NCBI GenBank assembly: GCA_016840095.1
Contig: JAEOSZ010000111.1
Location: 32,001-96,000 of the forward strand
Length of the DNA: 64,000 bases
From: Candidatus Heimdallarchaeota archaeon
Lineage (GTDB): Archaea; Asgardarchaeota; Heimdallarchaeia; Heimdallarchaeales; Heimdallarchaeaceae
Direction of reading: 5' to 3'
This document shows, piece by piece, positions 27,666 to 37,932 of the stretch. The number at the start of each line of letters is the position of its first letter. The first letter of the stretch is position 1. The notes beneath the pieces were generated by a model. That model had not been told where the DNA came from, did no database searches, and worked only from the letters and a program-made list of their open reading frames with translations. The translations under genes were made by a program, and so were the position numbers.

Positions 27666-27890
27666 TTTTTTTGCACCTATCATAACGTAAACACCCCTTT
27701 ATTAAAGGATTTTTTTAATTAATTCGATTAATGGTTAAACTATTTGGTCGAATTACACAACTGGAATCGACTATAATAGAGCCTAGAAATTAAAGAATTT
27801 AAGAGATAGGTACATTGGTTTAACTCATTGGTTAAAGCTCAAAAAATTGACAGCACACAAAGTTTAAGACATAAATAATGTATTCATTGT

Positions 27891-28742
27891 ATGAAAGAAA
27901 TTACTTTAATTTCTTGGAATGTGAATGGTATTAGGGCTGTTTCTAAAAAAGAAATTTCAGAAGGATCCAAATATAATCCTATTCTACAGAAAGAAGAAGT
28001 CGTTAAGCTTAGATTCACTGATTGGCTTCATCTTGTTTCTCCAGATGCTTTATGTCTCCAAGAAACTAAAGCTCATCCTAAACAGCTTTCGAGTGACTTG
28101 ATAAATCCTCCTGGTTATATGAGTAATTTCTCTTCTGCAGAGAGAAAGGGATATAGTGGAGTAGTTACTTATTCAAAAACAAAACCTACTAGAGTGAGTA
28201 CTGATTTAGCAGATGATAGGATGAATAAAGAGGGAAGAGTAATTGAAACTGAATTTCCAGAATTTGTGTTGTTAAATGTTTATTTCCCTAATGGAAAGCT
28301 TAGTGCTGAAAGACTCAAATATAAACTGGATTTCTATGAAATATTTCTTGAACATGTAGTTAACATAAGGAAACAAGGAAAATCTGTTATTATATGTGGA
28401 GACGTCAATACAGCACATACAGAAATTGATCTAACGCACCCTAAGTCAAATGAAACCATATCTGGTTTTCTTCCTGAAGAACGAAAGTGGATTGATAAAC
28501 TGATTAGCAATGGTTTTGTTGATACTTTTAGACATTTCAACAAAGACCCAGAACACTATAGCTGGTGGTCAGCTAGGGCTATAGTTAAAGGTGTAACAGC
28601 AAGAGAAAGAAATGTTGGCTGGAGAATTGACTATTTCTTTGTATCTGAAGATTTGATTGATAACTTAGTCGAATCAGTAATGATGAATAAAGTAATGGGC
28701 TCTGATCACTGTCCTGTCAAAATAAAATTGAAATTTGACTGA
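27891..28742 (+). CDS. xth: Exodeoxyribonuclease III / AP endonuclease
   Basis: SWNVNGIRA, LQETK, GYSGV, NVYFPNG, CGDVN, GWRIDY, GSDHCP. Confidence 0.96.
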   Translation: MKEITLISWNVNGIRAVSKKEISEGSKYNPILQKEEVVKLRFTDWLHLVSPDALCLQETKAHPKQLSSDLINPPGYMSNFSSAERKGYSGVVTYSKTKPTRVSTDLADDRMNKEGRVIETEFPEFVLLNVYFPNGKLSAERLKYKLDFYEIFLEHVVNIRKQGKSVIICGDVNTAHTEIDLTHPKSNETISGFLPEERKWIDKLISNGFVDTFRHFNKDPEHYSWWSARAIVKGVTARERNVGWRIDYFFVSEDLIDNLVESVMMNKVMGSDHCPVKIKLKFD

Positions 28743-28789
28743 CTGAATTAAGATATCTATAATAATAAGGCTACGATGTGTGAACTAAT

Positions 28790-29578
28790 ATGCTTCAGAT
28801 TGTTAGATTAGAGGATCTAGAAATTGAGAAATTCTGGGATTATGTTCTTAGTGACATCCCATTGTATTTTTTCTTCATTCTAGATTTGAAACAGTATCCT
28901 GAAAAAAGCAAATTCGTAGTAGCAGTTGAAAGTGATAAAATTGTTGGTTTATGTCTTATATGGATAAATAAAATTGTACATGTACGTGGTCAAAATGAGG
29001 AAATTGTGAAAGCTTTATTCCATGCAATTCCTAAAGATGTTCAAATTGATCAGGTTAATTTTGAAATAAGGTATCAGAAGTTGTTATCTTCTTTAATCCC
29101 AAAACCAAAAACAAAGCTGTTTCTTCATAGAATGGTGCTTCGAAAAGATAAAATGATTCCTAGATTTCAATTAGATAAACCTTTTACACAAAGAAAATTA
29201 ACTGAAAAAGACGCTTCAGTGATTGCGAAACTTATGGCAAAAGCTTCTCCTGAATATTGGAGTAAAATAACTGCCAAGCATCTAACTTTTGATGAAAATC
29301 AGAACTATACTGGTTTATTTGATGGTAAAAAGCTAGTTTCTTTCACTTTATCCTGGATAGATGAAACAGCTGCAATTATTGCGAATGCAGCTACACACCC
29401 TAAATATCAGAATCTAGGGCTTGCAACTTATCTAGTTAATGAGAGTGTTCATAACATGATGAATCATACAGAAATAGCGATTATTCATGTGCTTACAGAT
29501 AATGAACCAGCGATAAAAGTATACTCCAAAGTGGGGTACGAAATATATGCTTCATTTGTAATGGTTGGATTAGAATAA
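28790..29578 (+). CDS. GNAT family acetyltransferase
   Basis: THPKYQNLGLAT and NEPAIKVYSKVGY. Confidence 0.88.
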   Translation: MLQIVRLEDLEIEKFWDYVLSDIPLYFFFILDLKQYPEKSKFVVAVESDKIVGLCLIWINKIVHVRGQNEEIVKALFHAIPKDVQIDQVNFEIRYQKLLSSLIPKPKTKLFLHRMVLRKDKMIPRFQLDKPFTQRKLTEKDASVIAKLMAKASPEYWSKITAKHLTFDENQNYTGLFDGKKLVSFTLSWIDETAAIIANAATHPKYQNLGLATYLVNESVHNMMNHTEIAIIHVLTDNEPAIKVYSKVGYEIYASFVMVGLE

Positions 29579-29579
29579 C

Positions 29580-30848
29580 TCATAATTTAGATTTCTTCAT
29601 TGCTTTAACAATTAGGAAATCAGGAAATATATCATCATCCTTGTAAGCCTCTCTAGGAAATTTCTTGACAAGTTCTTCTGAAGCTTTTGGTTCACAAACC
29701 TCCATAATAACTAAATTGTTTTTTATCAGTTCATTAAGATAGGAACTTATGGTTCTAGGGAAGTAAAGACCTGGATTATCCCAATAGTGAACTAGAGTTG
29801 GTCTTTCATCAAAATAATCCACTACTACTCTTAGTTTATCCTCGTTTCTTTGGCTATCTCCGGGAACACGAAATGAAGTACAAGTGGGCCATGCAAAAGC
29901 TGGGTGTGTAATGCTAAAAACAAAGATTCCATCCTCTTTCAAAATATGAGCAATTTGTTCAATAGTTGTTTCGTAATTCTCAATATCCATTAATGCCATA
30001 TTGCAAACAACTTTGTCGAATGATTCTTTTGCAAATCTCTCTGTTAGTTTTTCAGCATTTAATTTCAAGTATTGAATTCCTAGTTTTTCTTCATTTTCTC
30101 GTTCTATTGCAAAATCAAGAAGCTTTGAGAAATCAATACCTGTTACTTGTCCTCCTTGTTTTGTTAGGGCTCTTGCAACATTTCCCTCACCGCAGGCAAC
30201 ATCTAAGATTGTCTCATTTTCATGAATGTCTAGTAAGCGAAATACTTCTGGTAGAATCTTATATTTGTGATGATAATCTCCACCATCTCTAAAAAGAGGC
30301 TCCCACACTGGTGCATTAGCATCCCATGTTTTCTTTGGACTGTATTCTCCAAGTGCATCAAGTCTTGTAAACCTTACGCGCCTACCTAATGCAAGAATTC
30401 TCTCCACCCCCCATGCTTTATGAGGAAATTCTTGGGATTTTAGTTGATTCTTATAAATTGGCATCCAAATTACTATCTCTTCATCAGGTTGAAGATCCCC
30501 AATTTGATATGGATGAGTTCCATTATACTCAGCATAATCTAATGCTGGGTTGAAGTTTCCACATTCCTGGCACGGGATCGAATAGTAATAATCATAAGTT
30601 AAAAATCTCTCTTGATGCATTTGTTCATTTGCACAGGACAAACATGTGAACTTCTTACAAGTTGGACACCAGGATATTCCATTAAAATGAATATCTTTTC
30701 CACATTTACTGCATTCATATTCCCAATGAAGAAAGCATCTAGGTGTAAAGGAATCAACATCCTTTGTAGCAAAATTAACTGGGTAATCTTGAGCTATCTT
30801 ACTATATTCAGAACAATAAAAACAGGGAGTATATTCTGAAGAGGACAT
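29580..30848 (-). CDS. Multi-Cys zinc-finger domain fused to class I SAM methyltransferase
   Basis: Likely start MSSSEY at 30848; CFYC, CFLH, CSKC, CPTC, CLSC, CQEC; then ILDVACGEG, FDKVVCNMALMD. Confidence 0.82.
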   Translation of the reverse strand: MSSSEYTPCFYCSEYSKIAQDYPVNFATKDVDSFTPRCFLHWEYECSKCGKDIHFNGISWCPTCKKFTCLSCANEQMHQERFLTYDYYYSIPCQECGNFNPALDYAEYNGTHPYQIGDLQPDEEIVIWMPIYKNQLKSQEFPHKAWGVERILALGRRVRFTRLDALGEYSPKKTWDANAPVWEPLFRDGGDYHHKYKILPEVFRLLDIHENETILDVACGEGNVARALTKQGGQVTGIDFSKLLDFAIERENEEKLGIQYLKLNAEKLTERFAKESFDKVVCNMALMDIENYETTIEQIAHILKEDGIFVFSITHPAFAWPTCTSFRVPGDSQRNEDKLRVVVDYFDERPTLVHYWDNPGLYFPRTISSYLNELIKNNLVIMEVCEPKASEELVKKFPREAYKDDDIFPDFLIVKAMKKSKL

Positions 30849-30944
30849 AAAAAGAAGAAAGAATAGAAGTATAAAAAATACTCTATCACTTAAGTTTTTT
30901 AGATAACACCCACACTCCATATTAAATTAAAAAAGAAAAAGAGA

Positions 30945-31871
30945 TTAGGAAATTAATCCCATAATAAATGGAAACAGCAGTCCTAGTGCAGCTAATATTA
31001 GAGCAACAAATAAGAAAGGCATTGCAATTTTGTTTCTCTTTGTTTTAATCATTGATTTATCTTTGAATATTTCTGCTTTAATTTCAGAAAATTCTTTTTC
31101 CCTTTCTTTATCATTCAATTGTGTTGCCATAGCTGATGCAAGAATTGTTGTAACTGTAATTAACGATACTCCGTAACCAAACACACTACCCTTACTTTCT
31201 AACTCAGAAATAACGATTTTTGAATTTGAAATTTCTTCTTGCAGTGCATATAGCGGTTGGTCCAAAAATTCTCTGAAGTTATATGATTGCCAAAAGTAGT
31301 ATTCAGTAGGAATAATACCGTAAGCAATTATTTCATCACTAAATGACCAATTTGCAAGTATAACGCTTGCTGGTACTAAGTATAAGAAGCTTTTACTAGC
31401 ATTAAAAGTGTCATAGTCTTCTTTTGAAAAAACTAATTCATAACCATCTTTATCCTCTGTTGCAAAATAATAATCAGAAGTATTGCTGTCAGTGTACCAA
31501 AAGTCGTACATTTTTACAATATTAGTTAAAGATACAAAATAGTTGAAATTTTCCAATGCTAATCTAATTTGATTCATTAGTAAATCTCTTTCTTCAACTG
31601 AAAGCGTATCATTAGTTATTTCTAATTCAAGAGCTATTGATTTTGCTAATAAGAATTCATCAGATGCTTTCCTAGCAGATATGCGATCATCTTCTACTAT
31701 CTCCCTAATTCTTAGATCTATCCTTTCTAAATCGAACTCTTGTTCTGAGACTTCTAATTTCAATGTTTCAGCTTCTGAAAGTACACCCTCTTGTAGAAAT
31801 CCAGCAGCAAAAGCTAGACCAGAAATTAAGATAATTATTACTGAAGCGATTGTTCCCTTTGATATTTTCAT
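30945..31871 (-). CDS. Hypothetical three-TM membrane protein with coiled-coil loop
   Basis: N-terminal TM, coiled-coil region, two C-terminal TMs. Confidence 0.7.
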   Translation of the reverse strand: MKISKGTIASVIIILISGLAFAAGFLQEGVLSEAETLKLEVSEQEFDLERIDLRIREIVEDDRISARKASDEFLLAKSIALELEITNDTLSVEERDLLMNQIRLALENFNYFVSLTNIVKMYDFWYTDSNTSDYYFATEDKDGYELVFSKEDYDTFNASKSFLYLVPASVILANWSFSDEIIAYGIIPTEYYFWQSYNFREFLDQPLYALQEEISNSKIVISELESKGSVFGYGVSLITVTTILASAMATQLNDKEREKEFSEIKAEIFKDKSMIKTKRNKIAMPFLFVALILAALGLLFPFIMGLIS

Positions 31872-32092
31872 TTTACATTTCTCCTTAATATAATCATGAG
31901 TAACGACATACTCTTTTATGTAGTTATTGGGGGTTACATATATCTTTTTTGGAAAAAACTAAAAAACAGAGAAAGCGATTTTCATTATTTTGCAAAGGAG
32001 TATTCCTTCTAACAAGGGTATCTTTACAAGAACTACCCACCTTTTCGGCAGTAGAAATGACCTCTACTTCTTATGGAAAAAAAAACTGTGAT

Positions 32093-32755
32093 TTATTTGA
32101 TTCCTACGCCACGAATTCCTCGATGAGCTATCCAATTAATTATTTCGTTCCTGATTTCTTCAATACCTTCTAGTGTAACACATGAGGAATTAACAGCCTT
32201 GATATGATTTACATCAATTGGGAGGTTGTGATCAGCTATGTATTCGTATATTGTAGCAATAATCTGATCAATATCCTTTTGTCTTGGCTTTTCAAGGTCT
32301 ACTTTATTTGGAACAAGAAGAATCAAAGTGTCCTCATAAATCCATTCCTTGACTATTGCAAATCTTAACCAAACTTCTAGAGACTCTAAAGTACTAAATC
32401 TAGTAACATCATATATTAGTAATAAAACTGAAACTCTTAATAGTGCTGGAAAACAATCAAAGACTGATAGGATTTCATCAAAAGTAGTACTTCTAGCAGA
32501 TGCTTTTTGCCTTTGCCCTGGAAACACATAGAATTGTAGTGTTGCAGTAACAGGTAAGTTTTCAACATCCACAACCTCACTACTAAACTCGATTTCAATG
32601 TTATAGGATTTTTTGGTTTTTAGAAGGATATCATTTAACTCTTCATCAGATACATCTGGATTTATTATCAAACGTGATAGAACTGATTTTCCTGTAAAAC
32701 CATCTCCCAATGGTATTACTGAACCGGTAGCATAGTGTTTGAATTCATCTGCCAT
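32093..32755 (-). CDS. Ras-superfamily-like small GTPase, degenerate G3 (paralog 2)
   Basis: G1 GDGFTGKS; G3 position VFPGQ; LLIYDVT; G4 NKVD; G5 SSC. Confidence 0.78.
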   Translation of the reverse strand: MADEFKHYATGSVIPLGDGFTGKSVLSRLIINPDVSDEELNDILLKTKKSYNIEIEFSSEVVDVENLPVTATLQFYVFPGQRQKASARSTTFDEILSVFDCFPALLRVSVLLLIYDVTRFSTLESLEVWLRFAIVKEWIYEDTLILLVPNKVDLEKPRQKDIDQIIATIYEYIADHNLPIDVNHIKAVNSSCVTLEGIEEIRNEIINWIAHRGIRGVGIK

Positions 32756-32841
32756 AGTATTCGACCTCTAAAACATTTTTCCAGACTGTTCATTATTAAC
32801 AAGTGTATTTGTGGTTAAAATTCTTTTCAAAGAAGCAACCT

Positions 32842-33537
32842 TCATTTTGTACCTATCCCTTGAATACCATTTTCAGCAATCCAAAACAGGATCTCTTCTC
32901 TTAAAAGCTTCAAACCTTCCAATGAGACACAAGAAGTATTTATAGATCTCACCTGATACTCATTGATTTGAATTCCCTTATCAAGAATCATAGAATAAAT
33001 GCCAAACAGTAATTGCTGAATATAATCTAAATTAGGTTCTTTTAAATCGATTTTATTCGAAATAAGTAAGACCAGAGTCTTTTCATGAATCCATCCTTGT
33101 GCTAGTGCTACTTTTAGCCACATCTCTAATGACTTCAATGTATTTGATCTTGAAGAATCATACACTAACAATAAGACTGATATTTTCTGCATAGCTGGAA
33201 AATAAGAGAAAATTGAAAGTATCTCATCAAAAGTTGTAATTCTTTTAGATTCTTTCTGTCTTTGACCTGGAAAAACATAGAACTGTAAAGAAGTATTTAT
33301 CTCCTCTTTGCCAAAAGAAATTCTCTCACTAGAAAATTCTAATTCAATGTTTAATGATTTTTTAGTGTTAAGTATGATATCTTGATGTTCCTCTACTGTG
33401 ATATCTGGATTGATAAGTAGTCTAGTTATAACTGATTTTCCAGTTAAACCGTCCCCTAAAGGTAAAATTGAGCCGGTTGAGTAGAGTTGTGTCACAATCG
33501 TCATCAGTATCGCGCAGGATTCTATATTTTTATACAA
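32842..33537 (-). CDS. Ras-superfamily-like small GTPase, degenerate G3 (paralog 1)
   Basis: G1 GDGLTGKS; VFPGQ; LLVYDSS; G4 NKID; G5 TSC. Confidence 0.78.
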   Translation of the reverse strand: MYKNIESCAILMTIVTQLYSTGSILPLGDGLTGKSVITRLLINPDITVEEHQDIILNTKKSLNIELEFSSERISFGKEEINTSLQFYVFPGQRQKESKRITTFDEILSIFSYFPAMQKISVLLLVYDSSRSNTLKSLEMWLKVALAQGWIHEKTLVLLISNKIDLKEPNLDYIQQLLFGIYSMILDKGIQINEYQVRSINTSCVSLEGLKLLREEILFWIAENGIQGIGTK

Positions 33538-33578
33538 TTATAATATTTTTCTATGTGTCAACAATTGAACACACGATT

Positions 33579-34226
33579 TTAGATTCTTCCTCCATAAATG
33601 AGTCTGTTCTCTTCAACGCTTCTAGAAGCTAGATTATTATCGTGAACTACACAGATTTCTCTTCTGCCATCTTTGCATTTATGTACGGGATGTAGCTTGT
33701 ATGAGACTGTTCCAAATACTTCTTCAACTTGAATTCCTCTTTCTAATGTAAATGCGTGATCTCTGACTACATCAGCAACAGTATATGTTAAAACCTTATT
33801 ACAGTTATCACACTTAACTACAAACATTTCATTAAGATGTGTTAGAACTCTATCAGTGTCGGTGATTTTTAGAAAAATCCCTATGGCTTCTTCATCTGGT
33901 ATATGTTTCCCTAAAATATCACGAAGCATATTTCTTATTGCTAAGATTGTTACTATAGTAAAGATTCCACCAAAGAAGTAAACAAATGAAACAATAAGCA
34001 AATCATTTGCAACTGGAATAATATCAATGCCTCCCATCTCAAGAGCATTAATGATATAACCTACAACGAAGAAAACGAGCATGATTTGTACAAAAAACCA
34101 TCTTCTATTACTAAAAGCTCGTCTCCCTAACAATCTCATTACAAGGGTTAAAGTTGTGATTGTTGTTATCAGGATTATAACTCCTACAGCTGTAAGAACG
34201 ATACCTATTATTACATCAACATCCAT
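33579..34226 (-). CDS. Three-TM membrane protein with C-terminal Cys/His zinc-binding domain
   Basis: Three TMs then CDNC...HPVHKC...VVHDNNLASR. Confidence 0.7.
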   Translation of the reverse strand: MDVDVIIGIVLTAVGVIILITTITTLTLVMRLLGRRAFSNRRWFFVQIMLVFFVVGYIINALEMGGIDIIPVANDLLIVSFVYFFGGIFTIVTILAIRNMLRDILGKHIPDEEAIGIFLKITDTDRVLTHLNEMFVVKCDNCNKVLTYTVADVVRDHAFTLERGIQVEEVFGTVSYKLHPVHKCKDGRREICVVHDNNLASRSVEENRLIYGGRI

Positions 34227-34314
34227 GAAACTTTTACAAAAACATTGAATATAACACTTTGCAAAGCACCAATTTACTAATCCATTTCAACATTGTTAAG
34301 TCTCATTCGAAGGA

Positions 34315-34560
34315 TTAAAGGAGTTGCTTAATTTTTTCTACTCCCAAGACTCTTCCTTCAATTATTACTTTACCATCTATTCTTAATGCCGGTGTCATGA
34401 AGACATCAAGATCTGCAAATTTAGTTACATCAGTAAAATGTTCAACTTTGTATTCATCTTCTTTTCCTACTTCTTTAACTGCTTCAAGAACTAGTTCATA
34501 CTGTTTTTCACATTTCTGACAGCCTTTTCCGATAACCTGTATCAATTTCATATCTGACAT
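34315..34560 (-). CDS. Small redox-active disulfide (thioredoxin-like) protein
   Basis: IQVIGKGCQKC, TPALRIDG...GRV. Confidence 0.9.
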   Translation of the reverse strand: MSDMKLIQVIGKGCQKCEKQYELVLEAVKEVGKEDEYKVEHFTDVTKFADLDVFMTPALRIDGKVIIEGRVLGVEKIKQLL

Positions 34561-34574
34561 ATTTTCACCTCATA

Positions 34575-35954
34575 TTAAAAAAATGTTATTGGTTCTTTCG
34601 AAACTATCAAACCGAATAATAAACCAGCTAACACTGTAAATATAATTACTAATATTAAATAAACGAAATTTTTCTTATCTCCTATGAACTTTCGAGTTAC
34701 TAAAATGCTTTGAATGGATAGTTCTGGATCTGCCAGTAGATAAGCAAGTAAGACCCCTCTAGCCATTCCAAGATCTAGAAACATTTGAGCAATTGGTACT
34801 TCCATTAATGTAGGAAAATAAGCAACTACACCAAAAGTTACACCGATTAGATTTGCAGTTAGTGAATTTCTACCCACAAGATTCTGAATCAATTCTGGTG
34901 GAATTAATTCTTTCAACATCCCTGCTATAAAGACACCAATGATTAGATAGAGGAAGATTTTCTTTACGAAAAACCAGGTTTCTCTCATCCATTCCTTCCT
35001 CTCTTCTTTATCAATTCTTTTTATAACATAAACGACCATTGCAATTCCAACTACAATTGATAGTACTGCTTTTATCCCCATATTTGATATATCTACAACA
35101 AATGATTCCGATTTGAAATACTCAAAAGAACCAGGTAACACTGCATTATTAGGATCAGAAATTGTGAAATAATTAATTTGGGAAGTACCTGTAAATAGAA
35201 GATAAATCAAACCTGAGAAAAGATTGATTTTATTGTTCTTTACAATGAAAAAACAACCAATTAACAAAGACAAACCTGCACCCCAGATAATAGTTTGGAT
35301 TAATGGTGGATTGGTAACTCCCATGGATTGAAGATTATTTCTATTAAAAACAGCAATTAACACCCCTACAACAAGCACAGATAAAACAAGAGCTCCTTTT
35401 CCAACTGTAAAGAGATTAATCTTCTTTCTTTCCTTAATTTCGGTTTTAGATTCTTCAATATCCATTTTAGATGTTTCTACATCTTCAATCAATTTCTTTT
35501 TCTTATCTTTGAAAATAAGATCCATTAGAAGACCAATAATAATTGCAAAAGAAAGCGCAAGTATTGCTCTAGCTATAGCAATATCCATCCCAATTAGTGT
35601 ACCTGTATAAGTTAAAGCCAATATATTCACAGCTGGTGCAGAGAATAGGAAAGTCATTGCTGGTCCAAGGCCTGCACCTTTTTTCTTAATTCCTGCGAAT
35701 AAAGGTAGAACAGTACAAGAGCATACCGCCAACAACAAACCTGAAATTGCAGCTACTGGATATGCTACTATTTTTCTAGAATCCTTACCCATATACTTAA
35801 CGATAAGTTCCTTTGGAACAAATACTATCATTGCCCCAGCGATAAAAAATGCAGGAATTAAACAAAGAAGCACATGAAGAGACAAATAATCTGCAAGTGC
35901 AAAAACTCCTCCTTGTAACATTGATAAAACTGTTAGCCAAAATGCAGAAGCCAT
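34575..35954 (-). CDS. ArsP/DUF318-family permease
   Basis: HVLLCLIPAFFIAGA, LAVCSCTVLPLF, GAGLGPA..FL.SAPA.N. Confidence 0.88.
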   Translation of the reverse strand: MASAFWLTVLSMLQGGVFALADYLSLHVLLCLIPAFFIAGAMIVFVPKELIVKYMGKDSRKIVAYPVAAISGLLLAVCSCTVLPLFAGIKKKGAGLGPAMTFLFSAPAVNILALTYTGTLIGMDIAIARAILALSFAIIIGLLMDLIFKDKKKKLIEDVETSKMDIEESKTEIKERKKINLFTVGKGALVLSVLVVGVLIAVFNRNNLQSMGVTNPPLIQTIIWGAGLSLLIGCFFIVKNNKINLFSGLIYLLFTGTSQINYFTISDPNNAVLPGSFEYFKSESFVVDISNMGIKAVLSIVVGIAMVVYVIKRIDKEERKEWMRETWFFVKKIFLYLIIGVFIAGMLKELIPPELIQNLVGRNSLTANLIGVTFGVVAYFPTLMEVPIAQMFLDLGMARGVLLAYLLADPELSIQSILVTRKFIGDKKNFVYLILVIIFTVLAGLLFGLIVSKEPITFF

Positions 35955-35971
35955 TTACTTATTCCTGTTTC

Positions 35972-35996
35972 ATATCGAAAAAACACGATATATAAA
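35972..35996. promoter_or_regulatory. ArsR/SmtB-type palindromic operator overlapping the minus-strand TATA box
   Basis: ATATCG-N8-CGATAT (35972-35991); TTTATATA on minus strand (35989-35996). Confidence 0.6.
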
Positions 35997-36053
35997 TTTG
36001 TTGGTTTTACTGTCTGGAACATACTTGATTCTAACTTTCTTATAGAAACTTTT

Positions 36054-36509
36054 ATGGCTTTTAACAGAAATTATATTTTGAAAATGTCTAGCAAAGAACA
36101 CCAGCAATCAACTAGAGAACTTGAACAGAAACTAAATCAGTTACATGAACAAGGTATTGTAAGTGAAGCAGCGAACGAGAGAATAAAAGAATTAGAAAGG
36201 ATTGAAGCAAAAGTGCCAGAAATGAAGAAGGATAAGGAACTCAATAAGATGTTAAAATTATTCAAGGCATTGGCAAACAAAAATAGGTTACTTATTCTTA
36301 AACTACTAATAAATGGTGTTAGATGTGCATGTGAAATTGAACACTTGCTAGGGCTTTCACAGTCAACAGTGTCTCACCATATCAGTACTCTCATTGAAGT
36401 TGGTGCAATTGAAGCAATTAAGAGTGGAAAATGGAATCTAGTAGAATTACCTGAAAATAGTTTTTCAAAGGAGTACTTTTTTTCATTAATAGAAGAAACT
36501 TTAGCTTAA
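36054..36509 (+). CDS. ArsR/SmtB-family metalloregulator
   Basis: FKALANKNRLLIL, CACEI, LSQSTVSHH; divergent from the permease. Confidence 0.9.
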   Translation: MAFNRNYILKMSSKEHQQSTRELEQKLNQLHEQGIVSEAANERIKELERIEAKVPEMKKDKELNKMLKLFKALANKNRLLILKLLINGVRCACEIEHLLGLSQSTVSHHISTLIEVGAIEAIKSGKWNLVELPENSFSKEYFFSLIEETLA

Positions 36510-36621
36510 GTTATTTTTCAAAACCAAAATTCTAATTTCATTTTTTTCTTCATCTTCATTCAGAAACTTTTAAAGAAACTAATCGCCATTTCGATGTTGA
36601 CTATTATTAACCGTGATGTAA

Positions 36622-37866
36622 ATGTATGAACAATTCAGAGATATAGGTCCTCATTTTGAGTTATCAGATACACATAAAATGGTAAAACAAAGTGTGCGAG
36701 AATTTGCTGAAGCAGAAATTGCACCGCATATAAAGGAGTGGGATCAAGCCCATACTTTTCATAAGCCAATTTTAAAGAAGATGGCAGAACAAGGGATATT
36801 AGGTTTAAGTATTCCTGTAAAATACGGAGGAGGAGGTTTAGATTACATATCACTTGCCATTGCATGTGAAGAACTAGAAAGAATAGATACAGCCTTCAGA
36901 GTCATTCTATCGGTACATAATGGACTTGTTACATCAACTATCTGGCAATGGGGAAATATGGATCAGAAGAAACAATATTTACCAATGCTTGCAACAGGAG
37001 AAAAGATGAGTACTTTTGGATTAACAGAAGCTTCTGCTGGGAGTGATCCAGCGGGACTCAAATCCACATGTAAACTTGAAGGTGATGAATGGATACTCAA
37101 TGGGGAAAAGATGTGGATTAGTTACACTGAATCTTCAGATGTATTCTTAATGTTCGCATATGAAGTAGATGTTCGTCACAAAGGTATGCGTGCTTTCATT
37201 GTTGAAAGAGATTTTGGAGGAATTACAACAGGTAATTTGGAACATAAGATGGGAATAAAAGCAGGTGAAACTGGTTGGATAGCCATGGACAATGTTCCTG
37301 TTCCCAAAGAGAATCTAGTAGGTCTACCCGAAGAAGGTTTCAAAATAGCAATGGGAGCTTTAGATTGGGGAAGATACACTGTTGCTGGTGGAGCAGTAGG
37401 TGGAGCTAAAGCTGCCTTAGAAGCTGCTGTGACCTATGCTAATGAAAGAGAGACCTTTGGTAAGAAAATTGGTCATCACCAACTTGTTCAAGGAATGATT
37501 GCAGAATCTGTTTCCGACATCGAAGCTGCAGAATTATTAACTTGGAAAGCAGGTTGGACAAAGAACTTAGGGAAAGTAAATACAAGAGAAACAGCTTTGG
37601 CAAAATGGTATGCGACAAATGCAGCTGTAAGATGCGCCGATAGAGCTATACAAATTCATGGAGCTTATGGTTTTTCCGATGATTATCCTGTCGCTAGATA
37701 TTACAGGAATGTTCGTGGAGCAACTATCTATGAAGGAAGTAACGAAATCCAAAAGATAATCCAAGCAAGATATGAACTTGGCTACTATGAGGATAAGCCA
37801 CTTAGATGTATGCCACCCAAATACGACCCAGATGAATGGGCAAAAGAAGAAACAGACAAATTTTAG
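36622..37866 (+). CDS. Acyl-CoA dehydrogenase
   Basis: FGLTEASAGSD, LNGEKMWIS, IQIHGAYG, IYEGSNEIQ. Confidence 0.95.
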   Translation: MYEQFRDIGPHFELSDTHKMVKQSVREFAEAEIAPHIKEWDQAHTFHKPILKKMAEQGILGLSIPVKYGGGGLDYISLAIACEELERIDTAFRVILSVHNGLVTSTIWQWGNMDQKKQYLPMLATGEKMSTFGLTEASAGSDPAGLKSTCKLEGDEWILNGEKMWISYTESSDVFLMFAYEVDVRHKGMRAFIVERDFGGITTGNLEHKMGIKAGETGWIAMDNVPVPKENLVGLPEEGFKIAMGALDWGRYTVAGGAVGGAKAALEAAVTYANERETFGKKIGHHQLVQGMIAESVSDIEAAELLTWKAGWTKNLGKVNTRETALAKWYATNAAVRCADRAIQIHGAYGFSDDYPVARYYRNVRGATIYEGSNEIQKIIQARYELGYYEDKPLRCMPPKYDPDEWAKEETDKF

Positions 37867-37932
37867 TCTTTCTTTCTATTTTTTTATTGTTTTCTAATAA
37901 ATATTAAATATAACTCCGGAATATTCAAAATT

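Noticed and set aside
31995-32075. Lysine riboswitch-like words (AGAGGT, GCCGAA on minus strand) or SECIS
   Set aside because: Far too short for the riboswitch fold, and no in-frame TGA selenoprotein was seen nearby; kept only as an unassigned structured element.
31949-32173. 74-aa plus-strand ORF
   Set aside because: TTG start, overlaps the GTPase gene antisense and has no protein-like features.
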